Positions 37,488 to 51,498 of a stretch of DNA of 64,000 nucleotides are shown here, in pieces; the stretch's first letter is position 1; every line of letters begins with the position of its first letter. The translations under genes were made by a program, and so were the position numbers. Origin of the DNA: Carcharhinus longimanus. Lineage: Eukaryota. The stretch lies in contig JASCQW010000177.1 in NCBI GenBank assembly GCA_030264375.1, forward strand, positions 15,285,243-15,349,242, given 5' to 3'. The notes under the pieces were generated by a model that worked only from the letters and a program-made list of their open reading frames with translations, searched no databases and was not told the origin of the DNA.

Positions 37488-39004
37488 CTATCCTCTTCTT
37501 CATATGGATAGAGAACAGAGGGAAAGCTTCCCCATGTTACCTGGCAGTCTGTAATACATAAGTGAAGCAGTTGTGATACATAACCATGATGGTGTCTATA
37601 TTTATATTTAAAATTAAGTAGTTGGTATTGGGGTACAGAGCACCTCCTTTGTGCATCGAACACAAATCTAAGCTATGATTTGCCTCTTCAGGGTGGATTA
37701 GTACGAGGTGTGTTGGAATAGAGAGATGCTGAGCAGAGGTTATAATTTCCCATAATGAAGGAGGCAGAATCATAACAGCTTCCCTAAACTTTCTGGCAGT
37801 TGTTGTTAGAATGAAATTGAAAGAGGTCTGGAAGCTAGATATTTCCCTGCCTGGGAAAGAACTGACTTACTTTTATTTAGTGTCTTAACGCATCTTTCAG
37901 AAGTAATTAATTAATGTGAAGTGCAGTAATGCCTTTTGTGTACATGGCAAGAGCTGAAAAATGGTAGTAGGTGGAATCATCAGTTAAGTCTGAGTTTTTG
38001 TGCTTTGGCCGAGGGAGGGCACCAGAAGAACAATCCAGTCTTCTTCAAATGGCACCAGGGCACCCTCCACCTGAAGCATTTGGCACAACAAGTCTTAGGT
38101 TAATTATGTATCTAAAGGATGGCATCTCCCACAACACAGCATTCCCTCAGTATTTGACTGAATTGTCAGGTTAGATCAGGGGTCTGCAAGCTGTGACTCC
38201 AAACACCTGATTTGTAGCCACAAATCTTTCTGGCTGGATTTTATGAACATGAAAAAAGCCTAAACAAAATCAAGACAAGAAAAGTAGGAGCCGTGTTGTT
38301 ACTGTGGGGATAAAATGCTCATCATGATGCTGCACTTTACAGTTTCAGATGATCATTTTAATGAAAGGTATCACTGTGCTCTAAATCTATTGAAGTGGGA
38401 GACTAACATCATTGTTGTTTAGTTTGAAGAATAGGTTTTACAGCTGTGATCATTATTGTTTCAATATAGCTGAGATGTTAAATAATTACGAATGTGCTAT
38501 TCAAAGCCTTTTTATTGTGAGAATTAATTGTTGACACAATTATCTTAATTCTATACATCTAAGTTAAAGTTCGTTTTAAAGATGAGTTTACTAACAAGAT
38601 CACATTAAAAAATTCAAAATCTGTGATAATTCAGTTAGGCCTGTTTTAACTTTGATCTTTTTCGATTTTTTTCTATTGATATAATAATTTAGTACACATA
38701 TTCTATGATTGATGAAAATTATGCATTCCACTAGGGACACTTGCCAATTTGGCAAGTATTTGGTTCAGAATTTTTTGACTTGTGGCAAGACGTTTCAGGT
38801 TAGAATGATCATTGACCCTTGCACTAGGTTATGGACATGAGACGTGAACCCCCTTTGGGGGCATTGACACAACAAAAAGACCTGTCAGTAGAGCCTCCAA
38901 ACAATAAATGAATGCCCCATCTTTCATCTACGTGGTAACATGAAATAATTGGACGCCTAGTATGTAAAAATCTTCACAAACTTTTCTTTGTTAGCCAATG
39001 ACTA

Positions 39005-39238
<234 letters not shown>

Positions 39239-40429
39239 TTAGTTTAACCATTGTCAACCAGCTCATTCCATTTGTGTACAGATGCAAGTATGCAGGTCAT
39301 CATTGCAATTTGACACGATGCACACAAATAATCCGTGGAACAGTAAACAATGCAATGGTCATTCCCAGTTCCACTTGAGGTACTGACATCCAGTTAACAA
39401 ACACAAGTGATGCGGATGCATGCAGCATGCAGCACAAGTACCCCACAGGACAAGCAGTGCAGTCAAGTTCAGACAGAAGCTTCTAAGGATAAGACATTGT
39501 GTTTCATTCACAGCTATGCTATAAATGCTATTGCTCAAAATCTGCTCTCTCAATGCAATGGAGCATTATTCAAGGATAATTAATAGCAGCATCCAGAGGT
39601 TCTTGAGTGTATTAGGGATGGACAAAGATTGTGCATTTGATACAATTAAAGCTGGAAACTATGAAATGGTTTGCAGGTTATTTTTGTGGAAAGTGTAATG
39701 CAAATAGTGGTGGGAGGGAGACAGTGTGCCAGAGATAATGGGGAAAAGAAGGTTGGCAGAGGGAGGATGAGACAGTGAGAGCTGAAAATGGCAGAGATAT
39801 TTGAAGAAGTATCCAGAAATCAAGAAGTGCTGAATTTAAGGAGTAGTGGCACTCACTTAAGACATACATCTTCCAACTTGGGTTCCTTAGTGGTATCCTA
39901 GGGTTGTGAAGGATTTCTATATATTGCATTACCGACACATTTCTATTTCTGTACAATGATGCAAAGATCTCTGTAGTCATAACCCTGTGTTCCTATAAAC
40001 ACTGAAGTTAGGGCAGGGAATTGTTGGTCTTCAGTTTGTCAATTTCACTTTTCCAGTTGGTCTTCAGTATGTCAGTCTTGATCAACAGAAGTATGTGATC
40101 ATTATTTTCAAAAGCTCTTAACCAATGTGAGAGATCTGGCACACAGAAAATTTGGAGGCTGGCTGAATCAAGCTATTTGTGCTGCAAGATGTAACTCTCT
40201 TAGGTACCCAGGTCCTGTTCATTACAGTGTTGTTAATTTTTGATCCAGGACCACAATCCCAAACAATGTCATGACTCAGAGGTCTGCTCTCAGGAATAAT
40301 TGAACTTACTGCACTACCATGTGACACAGATAGGGCACAGGATCACACCTCTGGACATCTCCTGAGGTGGATCATATCACACTATCTAATGTGCATTCAA
40401 CTTCCCAACTATGAGAACGATCATTAATT

Positions 40430-41010
40430 CTAAATCAGGATGGAATGTGACTTGAAGGGGAAATTACATGTGGTGGTTTTCCCATGGATCTGCTGCCCAT
40501 GTTCTTCTGGGTAACAGTGGATTTGGAAGGTGCCGTTGAAGGATCTTGCTAACTTGCTGCATTTTGTAGATGGTACACTGTCAAATTGCACTGGTGGTGG
40601 TGGTGGTAGGAGTGAATTTTTAAGGTGGTGATAGGGGACCAACCAAGTGGACTGTTCTGTTCTGGATGGTCAAAGTAGTTGGAGCTACACTCATTAAGGC
40701 AAATTGAAAGTGTTCTCTTCCAAGAATGTTGATGAAATTCAGCAATGACATTGATATTGAACATCAAGAGATGACGATTAGATTCTCTCTTGTTGGAGAT
40801 GGTTATTGCCTGGCACTTATGTGGTGCAAATGTTACTTGTCATTTATCAGCCCAAGCCTGGATATTGTCCAGGTCTTGCTGCGTATGGACACTGCTTTAC
40901 GAGGAGTTGCAAATTATACTGAACATTGTGAAATCATCCATGAACATTCCCACTTCTGACCCTATGATGGTACAAAGGTCATTGGTGAAGCAGATAAAGA
41001 TGGCTGGGCA
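40430..41010 (-). mobile_element. Decayed LINE fragment (CR1/L2 group)
   Basis: gtgacttgaaggggaa...ttcccatggatctgctgccc and cttatcagcccaagcctggatattgtcc-like stretches resemble shark LINE RT debris (recall). Confidence 0.55.
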
Positions 41011-44000
41011 CTACTCTAAGGAAATCGCCTCTAAATATGAGTAAATGGGTGGGCTTTATAATTATATAGGTAAAATAGAATAAGATCTATATGTTTGTTC
41101 ACACATATAGTACCTCAAAAATCGCTTTAGAGATTAAGGGACATTGAAAGATGTTACAGAAGCATTCTTCCTATCAGCACAGAATTTCCAGATAAGCAGC
41201 ATTGTTTGGAAGAACAGGAAATGTCAGAAAGGATTAGAGGACAGCAGGAAAAGCCCATGGATATAACAAAAATAATCACAAAGGAAAATGTAAACATGGG
41301 AAGGTAAGGGAGAAAAGTTCAATGGGAATCCACTGGGTGGTGGTGCAGGAAGATGGAAATTTGATCTGTATTGATAAAGTTCTTTGTGCAAACCAAAATG
41401 AAGAGGCTAGCCTGGCTCCATTTCAATACCTTATCTCTTGAGAGTTGATTTTGTGAATATTGTGTTACTTTGCATGACTTTCACTGGGGAATTAGCCACA
41501 AATTGTGGAGTTTTTGCAAGCTAGCTGGGTTATGAATGTTTAATGCACATCTTCGCTGCTATCATTCCTAACTCCCACCAATCACTGACCTTGTCCTCTG
41601 ATCCATTGCTCCACTCTCTCTTATACTGAACATAATCCATTACAGTTCTCCCTCTTTAACTTTCAGGAGCCATAATGTCTCGAAATGTTAACTGTTTTTC
41701 TCTCTCCACAGATGATGCCAGATGTGCTGAGTCTTTCTAGCATTTTTCTGTTTTTCTTTCAGATTCTAGCATCTATAGTAGTCTACCTTTATTTATATGA
41801 ATGTTTAATTTTGGGATTATTTATTTTTGCTATTTTTAGTTTTATTTTTCACTTTTAGATCTACTTCAATTTTGCAATCAGAAGTCTGTTTATATATTTC
41901 TATTGAACCCATAATCTTTCTGGTCTATACTGCAGCTCTACAATGGGGGGAGTAATTAACCAAGGGAGGGTAGCCCTGCTTTTGGCTGAGAACTCATTGG
42001 GAAGGGTTGGTCTTATTAATACAATAAATATAAAACATACCTATGTTCTACTTTATGCTTATTTGAGGCTGGCTGAGGAAAATGTGGGATCACAGACAGA
42101 ATGGTTCATGGAGTAATTAATCATAGTTTGATATTATTCAGTTGTGGAAACAGCTAAAATACTAACTGGACTGCTTATTTCTGAGGTTATGTAAAGGGTC
42201 AACACACAAGGTATGGAACAGAGGGGAGTGGAGAGCTTAATAGTGAATGGGGAGGGAACATTTTTAAACTTGGATCACCCAGGGAAGAACAAGATGGGAG
42301 GAATAATTCTACTGGGGTAAGAAACAAGATCAGCCACTACTGCTCATCAACAGTTTTTTGATTTGAATCATGGGCCCTAAGAGGTGCTTCGAGCGAACAG
42401 GAAGGACAGCTCCTGAAAGGAGGAGAGGTGATCAGGGATAAAAACAGAAAACAGTGTAAACCTCAGCAGGTCTGGCAGTCTCTGTGGACAGAGAAACAAC
42501 ATTAACATTTCGAGTCCGTATACACTGAAGAAGTCATAAGGACTCAAAACATTCGCAGAAATCTTGCGGGTGTTTACACTGGCAGAATCTTACGGTCCCA
42601 CTGGCAGCGCACCCCCACACCAGGTTTCTCAGCAGCCAAGGATGTATTCATTGGAAACCCCTGTTGACAATGGCAGAACCATAAGATCCCACTGCCAGTG
42701 AGTGGTGCACTGCCTCCTGCTGCCATGAAACACACTTTGGGGGGACAGCAAAATCCCACCAAACAATTCTACAGTTTCTCTGTCCACAGCTGCTGCTAGG
42801 CCTGTTGAGTTTTTCCAGAATTTTTTATTTCAGATTTCAGTATTTACTGAAAGCAGTATTTTGCTTTTAGCTTGGAGGTAAGCAGAGATTGCTGTGGGGC
42901 CAGCTAGGTTGCTCTCACTCTTTCCAAACAAGTTGCAGAATCCCAGCTGTGGTGAGCCAAAAAGGGGCATGGGGAAGAGGGAGATCATATCAAGAAGGGG
43001 GAACAATTAAGCAATTATAAGAATATAATTGAATGGAAGATTTGCCTTTTTAAAATTTACAGTATTCAGTTAGAAGTACTGTCATCTCCCTTCAAATTCC
43101 CTTCCGATGTCTTCCTTCAAAAAGCCTTTCTCAAATTGCAAGGTTCAAAGTACAAAAATTTGTAGCCTGTTTCTGAGGTCCAGTCCCATTCCTGATATGC
43201 CAAAGAATGCAATTCCATCTTTCTAAGAGCATTCAACATGATACAGATGATAAGTCAATGACAAGAAAACCTTGATTTGACTTGATTCTGGGACTGCCCA
43301 GTTGCAATGTAGTGTTGACTGACATCCCAACACCAATGGAGGACTTAAGTTGCACTGTCTGGTATATTTGAGGGGAATCAGTAAGCTGGCATTCAGTTGG
43401 AAAATTCCAACAATTCCATATGCTGAGGGATAATGTGACCAAATATCAGCCCTTATCTTCTGCCCAGGTGTCTAATATAAAATAGACTGGCATAATATGA
43501 TTAACTATTGTTTGGAGTAAACTTTAAATGCTCACACTTCGGCTGCGGGCAGTAGATAAATTGAAAAAAACTTAATCGGCTATGATCTAAATATATACAG
43601 TGGAGTAATTTCTAAACCATGACAGCAATGTAATCTAGGCACTTTGGTAACCTAAACTAATGTGCATTCTATTTATATATGTGCATTGTCCTTGCCTATA
43701 AACAAAACAAAATAGACACACACTTTCTGATAGCCCCTGGCTTGGGCACAATGGCAAAATCAGTTTGCCACCTATGTAAAAAACATGATTTTTCGTCTTG
43801 AATGAATTTTCAAACTCAATTAATTAAGTGGGATATGGGAACATGCAAAGGGGAGGCCAAAGCTGGTGCCATCACATGGCACAGAGCTAAATAATCCATT
43901 GTGATATTAGCAATGCATGGTTACACCTTCATATAACCACTCTTTACAGCTTTTTGAGAGTCTGACTCAGTGCACTGAATGCTGTATGTAAATATCTGTA

Positions 44001-44679
44001 CTGACGTTAGCAGACTGCACTGGTTGTTAACCAATCAGGAATCAAATGATAAGCTATCAGTAAATATGTTGGAATATTTTGAAAGAACGAAGGAGCGGAT
44101 TTTTTTAGAAATGCTCTTCATGAGTATGAAATCCCTCTCTTTCCAATGTTGTTGCTGGGAGGACAAACAAAATCTGCCCCTGGACCAAAGCTGGGCACTA
44201 GGACCTGGGTCACCATTGACCTGATAAGATTCTCCCTCCCTTTGAACTGTTCCACACCCTGAGGGGAGTAGGAGGATGCTTGGCATGTTTTCTATTTCTA
44301 CCTCTCAGCATGACCAACATTGGTAGCTGAATTTTGCATTGGTTCCAGCTGGTTAACCTTTACCTATACGATGCCATTGCTATATTCCAATTAATTTCAT
44401 CTATGCCATTAAACAAGCAAGATGGTGCCTGCTGACCTCCCATTGCTAATCCCTACTTTCCTGAAGTTGAAATTATTTTGTTTCTTTTGCTTTCAATTTT
44501 GACATGCCCTGTCTTCCAATTCAGGTTTGATGTGCTTCCAAGTCTAATTTCAACATTCCTAACAAAATGACCGACATTACCTTGAAGTTTCCTGGTGAAT
44601 TTGGAGTGAGACTCACTGAATGAGTAGGCTGGACTGTGTGAACAGTCTATAGAAAGGATCACAGTTGCTATTCGCCATC

Positions 44680-45750
44680 GAGTTTCACAGAATTTACTGG
44701 ACAGAAACAGGCCATTCAGCCTAACAGGCCTATAATGGCTCCTCTCACCTTATCTCATCTCACCCTCTCAATATATCCTACTATTTCTTTCTCCCTCATG
44801 TACATTAAATGCAGCTCTGCAATTCGCCTTAACTCGTTCAAAGCAGCAATAAATTCTAACTACTCCCTAATTAATGAAATTTCTCCTGCTTTACCAATTT
44901 GATTTATTAACGGTTATTTTATATTTATAGTCCCTAGTTTCATATTCTCCTACAAGTGTTGAACACCTGAAAATTTTAAAGAGCTCCATCAGGACACTGT
45001 AGAGACCTAGGGAAAAAGAGCTGTTTCCTCTTCAGCCATCCCTGATAATTATCACTTCTCAGTTCNNNNNNNNNNNNNNNNNNNNNNNNNNNNNNNNNNN
45101 NNNNNNNNNNNNNNNNNNNNNNNNNNNNNNNNNNNNNNNNNNNNNNNNNNNNNNNNNNNNNNNNNCTCAGTTCTGGTACCATCTTTGTGAATCTACTTTT
45201 GCACCTTCTCCAGCGCTTCTACAGCCTTTTGTGCAAGATGGAGGTTATATTTGTGCACTCCTACATGTGGTCTAACCAATATTCTAAATCAATTGACATA
45301 ACTTCCCTGCATTTCAGTCATATTCCTCTAAAAATGTACTCTGCATTGTTAACATTTTAAGGTTTTATTAACCTGCTTTCCTAATTTTAACGATTTGTGA
45401 ATCACCCTAAATCCCTTTATACCAAATGGACTCTTATTTTTCAAGGAATATATTGCAAGCATCCAAATGTCTCCTACCAAAATGCACCATTTCACACTTA
45501 TTGGTATTGAAATCAATTTAGTATTTGCACATCCATTCTGCGTGTTTATTAATGTCTTCTTGTAACAGTTTCTTCTGTATTGACAAACCCCCGCAAATTA
45601 GCATCATCTGGAAATTTGAATAATTGGTGAATAACAGTGGGACTGGCACCAATCCTCGTCATTTCTAATCTGCTAGTCCGAGAAACTATCTTTATCCCCC
45701 TGCTCTGTTTTTCTATTTTGTAGTCAGTTTGCTATCAATTTTGCTACTTG
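44680..45750 (-). mobile_element. CR1 LINE fragment, decayed, spans an N-gap
   Basis: Reverse-complement CR1 tail at ~44685-44730 and a KF.DDA.L-like RT motif at ~45595-45615. Confidence 0.65.
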
Positions 45751-46089
45751 CCTGCTGATTGCTGTAAGAATTACCACTCATACTGCAGGTCTGAGATCAG
45801 CCCGAGTTACTGACTAGCCAATACCTGCACCTTTGACAGATTCCTTCCCAAGCAAAGAATCAAGCTGAAAACCTAGGAATTTGGAATGCTAGAGGAAATA
45901 AAGTATCCCTCAATATCAACTTGGAAGCAGCCAAGACTGACCACCACATAGATTAGGAACTATCAGGCAAACCATGGTCTTTCTTTACTTTCATTCTGAC
46001 TAATATTTAAATAAACAGAGACGCATCACTCTCATATTTCCTACTTGGAAAATTATGTGTCTTGTGCATTGTTTAGAATTACAGTTTTT

Positions 46090-46295
46090 AGGAATGATTA
46101 GAATCAAGAAGGCACTGTCTGAGAGTTGGTGGAAGCAGATTCAATTATGATTTTCAAAAAGGTTGGATAAAAATTGCGAGGCTACAGGGAAAATGTGGGG
46201 GAGTGGGACAAGCTGGGTTGTTCTTGCAGAGAGAGCCAACATGGATACAACTGGCCGAATGACTTCCTGTGCTGTAACTATTCCAGGATTCTATG
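46090..46295 (+). mobile_element. CR1 LINE 3' end
   Basis: gtggaagcagattcaattatgattttcaaaaaggttggat... followed by the ggccgaatgacttcctgtgctgta tail. Confidence 0.65.
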
Positions 46296-49200
46296 TCTAA
46301 CCATGTATTGTGACTGACAACACATCAGGCATGCTCTAAACTCTGTCATTTCAAGGTCTTCTATATTATATCTATGATGCATAAATGTAATTCAAGACTA
46401 CAATCTGTGCCCAGCTGTGAGCATACTGAGTCACAATCCCTAAATCAGCTGCTGTCTCAGTCTATCATTCTTCAGTACTCACTCTATCCCAATCCCCTTT
46501 GCAATCCTTGTTATGTATTATATGTTTTGCTTGCCTTGCTGTACTTTATAAGCCAGTGGATTGTGATCAGAGAGAGGATCCATGTTTTCTCATTAGTTTG
46601 ACTGTGATAGCAACAAGGAACATTTGCTGTGTTAATCACCTCCTGTGTCTACATGTGTACTGATTGATCTTGAAAGGTACCACAATCAAAAACATACTCT
46701 TTTTGCTTTTTCTGGTCTCTATCATTCACACTGCCCACCTTTCACATTACATTATGCTTTACATCTCTTGCTTTGCTACTCTATCTGATGGTGTTCCCCC
46801 CACTGATCTTTCTTCCTACAGCCCCACATACTTGAGCCCATCTATTCCATTACTCCCTGTTTGAATCATTGATCACATCTTATCTAAAGCATCAAGACCA
46901 TCTTGTACAGTTACCAATAATATCCTTGAGACTTCTCAACCCCTCCTTCAATTTTGGTACAACTGATCCTTCCATCTCATGAGTAATGCTGTTTATTGGT
47001 TACACACTTATCAGAAAATACTCTACTGTGTCTGCGTTATCATGTCCAGCACATTCCAAGTTTTGATTTTTAACTAGCGTTCAATTTCTAGTTTACATAC
47101 TGCTTGCTGTTAGCTGCATCCATGGCCCAGCTTCCATCTGTATGTTAACATTACGCAGCCTTTTCCCTTTGCACCTGTTATTGTGTTAATTATTTAGCTG
47201 CATCAGACAGCAAGTCAAAGATATTCCACAACTTTCTCAAAGACAGTAACAGCATGTTTGAAGCTTCCCCATGAGAAATTGCTCGGTGCAGGCTAAAGCC
47301 ACAAGTTCACATCTTCAGTGTCCCATATTACCCTCAACTGAGCAATAAAATCTACAGTTGGTTTCATCACTATATATTATCACCGTTGCAATATCTACTT
47401 CATCTCTCCTGATTATAAAACCCTCCAATCTTGACTTCTCCAAGTCAGGCTCCTGAAATCTTTCTGTCCTGCAGTTCCAAGGAAAGGCCAGCTGTATTTG
47501 CAGCTGCAACTTGTAAAAAATAACCTTGACCTTGTTGAAAGCAACTATTTATAGATGTATAGAGGTATAGGAACTAGAAGCAGGAGTAGGCCACTTAGCC
47601 CTTCGAGGCTGCTCCGCCATTCATTTGAATCATGGATGATCATCAAATTCAATATCCTGATCTCCCCTTCCTCCCATATCCCTTGATCTCTTTAGCCCTA
47701 TGAGCTATATCTAATTTCTTCTTGAAATCAGACAACTTTTATATGAAACAGTTTGTGCTGTAATTAAATCATCCTTGTTAGAAAGTGGGTAAATGCATCC
47801 CCTTTGAGGATTTATTTCTCTAAGTTTCAAGTATTTGCTGGGGTTCAGCTTTTAGAACCTGAACGGTATTAACTCAAATGCCCTGGCACTTACAGGGGTA
47901 TGCCCAGGGTCAAAATCTTGTGAAAGACAGGATTAATTGGTTCAAGGGAAGTGCAGGATTATTCACCATTCTCACCTCATTACCAAATACTTGATCCCAG
48001 ATTTCTGATTATGGACACATTTTGTAGAAATCTACACAACCCATTAAACATTAATTTGTACCAAAATTATTCAGGTCTTTTTAAGGTGCTTTATTCAGGT
48101 GCTAAGGGCTGATGTCATGAGCAACACTGAGTAGCAGGCGAGTGAAGGCCCACAGGAATGGAAGATAAAAATTACAGGAGTAGCAGTATTTAAAATATAT
48201 GGTCTATAAGAAATTGCTTTCTTTTGCCCTACGAAGGCCAATCTAAATGCATTCCTTGGCCTTTACAGCCTCACAATAAAGACAAAGTTATGGATTCCAA
48301 CTCTGGTGATATCCCACAGCAGAGCAGGGCACATGGCCTAGAGAACGTGGTGAGGGCCATGGATGAAAGGCTCCATGGGGCATGCAGGGGTCCCCAAGTC
48401 AAAACAAGAGTATCTTTGCCACAAATGGAGTATGAATATTTTATCTAGTCAGCTTGCAGGAGGACATATGGAATTAAATAGTAATATTTGTTAAACATCC
48501 ATTCTGTTGTCTAAAAATTGAAAACATGTGCCATCCTGAGGCAAGAATGGGGTAGAAAATGTTGAAATTAGGAGAGGAATAAGGAACATAAAAGAAAGAT
48601 TATCCATGGGCTGGAAAAGAGAGGTTATGTATGGCTGGAAAAGAGAAGGGGACATATGGGCTGGATTACATGGATTTCAGTGGGGGACCGTGACTGAGAT
48701 GGATGCACTGATGTGCCAACATTTCAACCTTCAACTGCAGTAAACACCCCACTACAACCAATCATGAGGCAATCTAGTTCCTAATATCAAGGCAAACATA
48801 GTTTACAGTGCTTGTAAGCAAATAAATAAATGGAGTTGATTTCAGCATTAAAATGCTGTGAAATAGATAGTTGGAAGCCACGTATAAAAGCATCAGAAAA
48901 ATTGGTAAAGGGTAAGTTTTAGTATTGGACAATCTCAACAGTACCGTATTTTGCCCACTTTCTAATGACTGCCTATTAATGTTGGCACATCTTTACATTG
49001 CAGCATGCAGGACAGAGAGAGAGAGGAGAAAATACCAGGTGATTAACCAGGTGTATTATGTAGGAAAAAGGGACCAATACAGGTTAGAACTGCATTGACA
49101 GAAAGAAAATAGGTAAAAGCTGGAAAAGTTAGTAACAGTTAAACGGTCAGAGGTGAACTTGAAAATCAAAACTATTTAGTGCTGTAAAAATTCTAATCTT

Positions 49201-50823
49201 CAGCCTGAATACCTGAAGAGAAATTGATTTGCCCTCTCTGAAACACACAACAATCATGCAACCCACAGGAAGGGGAGTGTGCTTGTTGTAAAACAACTTT
49301 TCTATATTGAACTCTTTTTAAAATTTTATTCACGTCAATCAATGAACTTTTCTTTTCTGATTCAGGTTACACCAAGCTAAGGAAGGCTGGATTTAAACTC
49401 GGCTTTGCATTCAAAATATAAAAGCAATAATGGTAGAGTGGTGACACTTTGATGATGCATTTTCTGTGCAACATTCAGATCTCTCAGCTTCTCTGGAATC
49501 TCACTTCTCCTAACTCTTCAGGGGAAGGATTGTCCTGGGCCACAATGTGTGGAAACTTTAACTGCATGTGAGGCTTCTTATCTGTAGTGAAACTGTGAAC
49601 ACATTCTAAATGAAGACTTACTGAAGGGGAAGCTTGCTGTGACAGATAGGAAAATTCTGTCTTTGGTTGTGAAGGTAACAAAACAAGACAATTTGTTTCA
49701 GGGCATTTTGATTTGGGATCCGAATACTAGTTTAAAAGAATCATGTAACATGATCCTTAAAGGTTCAGGTAGCGAGTAAATGTATGGATTACTGCAGATA
49801 CTGTGTCATAAAGTTCAGCAAGGTCTCAGGTTCCATCCCTAATATGTGTTGAATCAGCTGATCTCTGATGGGAAAAAGTGAGTAAATTCACTATCTCCAA
49901 CATAGGGAAAAGCCAAAGTTGTCATACTAGTGCTGGACAATGCATGTGTGTGGATGTCAATTGAAGGCATGGCCACTAGGCTGTGGAGACCCTCACCACT
50001 CCGTGAGTCAAATAGCTTGCCAACACTTACTACCTGGTTTATCCGCAAAGAGTGGGCACCCAGGTGGAGTGTTAAGACTGGAATCTGTATTGTGGTGGTT
50101 AAGTGTGCCTCAAACGTGATGGGAGAAAATTGGAGGGAACAAAGGACTTACATTCACTGTAATTAATTGCTGTTCAATTTAGGATAAGTAGATCTTGGAT
50201 AAAACTAACTTGAGTGGCTGTAGAACAGATTGGTTTGTTGGGGGTAGAGGGGGTATTTTCCCCTCCCTTGTTCTTATATGAAAATACATCTTCCACCAAA
50301 TATTCCAAAAGGAAGATTGACACATTTGCAGATTGCGTGTTAGTTCTTCTGGTGCAGTGAACTTCTGAGACTGATCTAAAGGGACTACTAAAAATATAAA
50401 AACTGGAGAAAGGACCCAAGACAGTTTGGCCCTGTGAGATGTAGTGAGTTTTTTTCTCCAGAACACACTGATAACAAGATCTGCAAATGCTAAAGGCAAA
50501 GGAAAAGCCCAATATCACACCCAAAAGCAAGCTGTTTGCTCAATTTTTAAAAACCAATTGTTAGATCAAATACTGCAGGTAGGAGGAAAATAGTGGTTTC
50601 AAATAAGAGAAAGTAATTGAGTTTGGGCAATAAATTAAATCTTGCTAAAAAAATTGAGGTATGATTTTTGGATAAGTATTCCATCAACTAATAGGTAAAT
50701 CACATTTATTGTCAACCCTCTCAGACTCCTCCCACTTCTTTTGGACTGCACGATCCCTAATCCTAACAGTTCAAAGGTCACAGATTTTCTCCGACACACT
50801 GAACACTAAGGACACATTTCTAC

Positions 50824-50920
50824 CTTATAAGCAACTCGCGCAGGGCATTTCTTCCCCAGGCCTAAGGGCGGAGACATGTGTCTCAACATCTCATACATAT
50901 CAGTGTAACTGATGCGGCCA
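50824..50920 (-). CDS. CACNA1A: CACNA1A mutually exclusive exon 37b (EFb, 97 nt): [32 protein letters not shown]
   Basis: Acceptor tttctgctacaaag|T behind a long pyrimidine tract, donor AAG|gtagaa. Confidence 0.95.
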
Positions 50921-51381
50921 CTTTGTAGCAGAAATGAGGCAAAAAGGAGATGTATCCAAGACGAACGAAAAGAAAAATGGAAGGAAACAAACAAAAACAA
51001 AAAAATTACAAGGTTATTCTTAATGGGTCTGTCAATTGCAGAAATTCACCCAATATCTATGCAATGTCAAAATATTGCATAGGAATACAGAGAGCATTTT
51101 CTTTTAGTCTTGATGGAAAAAGTCCTCTGCCTGTTGTGAGGAGATGCCAGTCTTTGTCAATGCAGTTTCTGTCCCTACAGTAATGAACACTACTATACCC
51201 AAGATGCCGAGTGATTTGGTTACGACAAGCAGCAATGGCTGAGGTTGAGGTTGGTCAGTGCATTTCCATGCTATTTTCTCTAGGTGACTGCATTTTCCTG
51301 CACATTCTACTTCAAGAAATGCAAAAAAAGAGAAAGCACACTCATTCATTGATGCTTAGGTTGGTAGGTTAGTGGAAGTCA

Positions 51382-51498
<117 letters not shown>

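Noticed and set aside
48605-48668. Three short ATGG(G)CTGGA direct repeats as a CRISPR-like array
   Set aside because: A degenerate local tandem duplication with similar spacers, in a eukaryotic intron.
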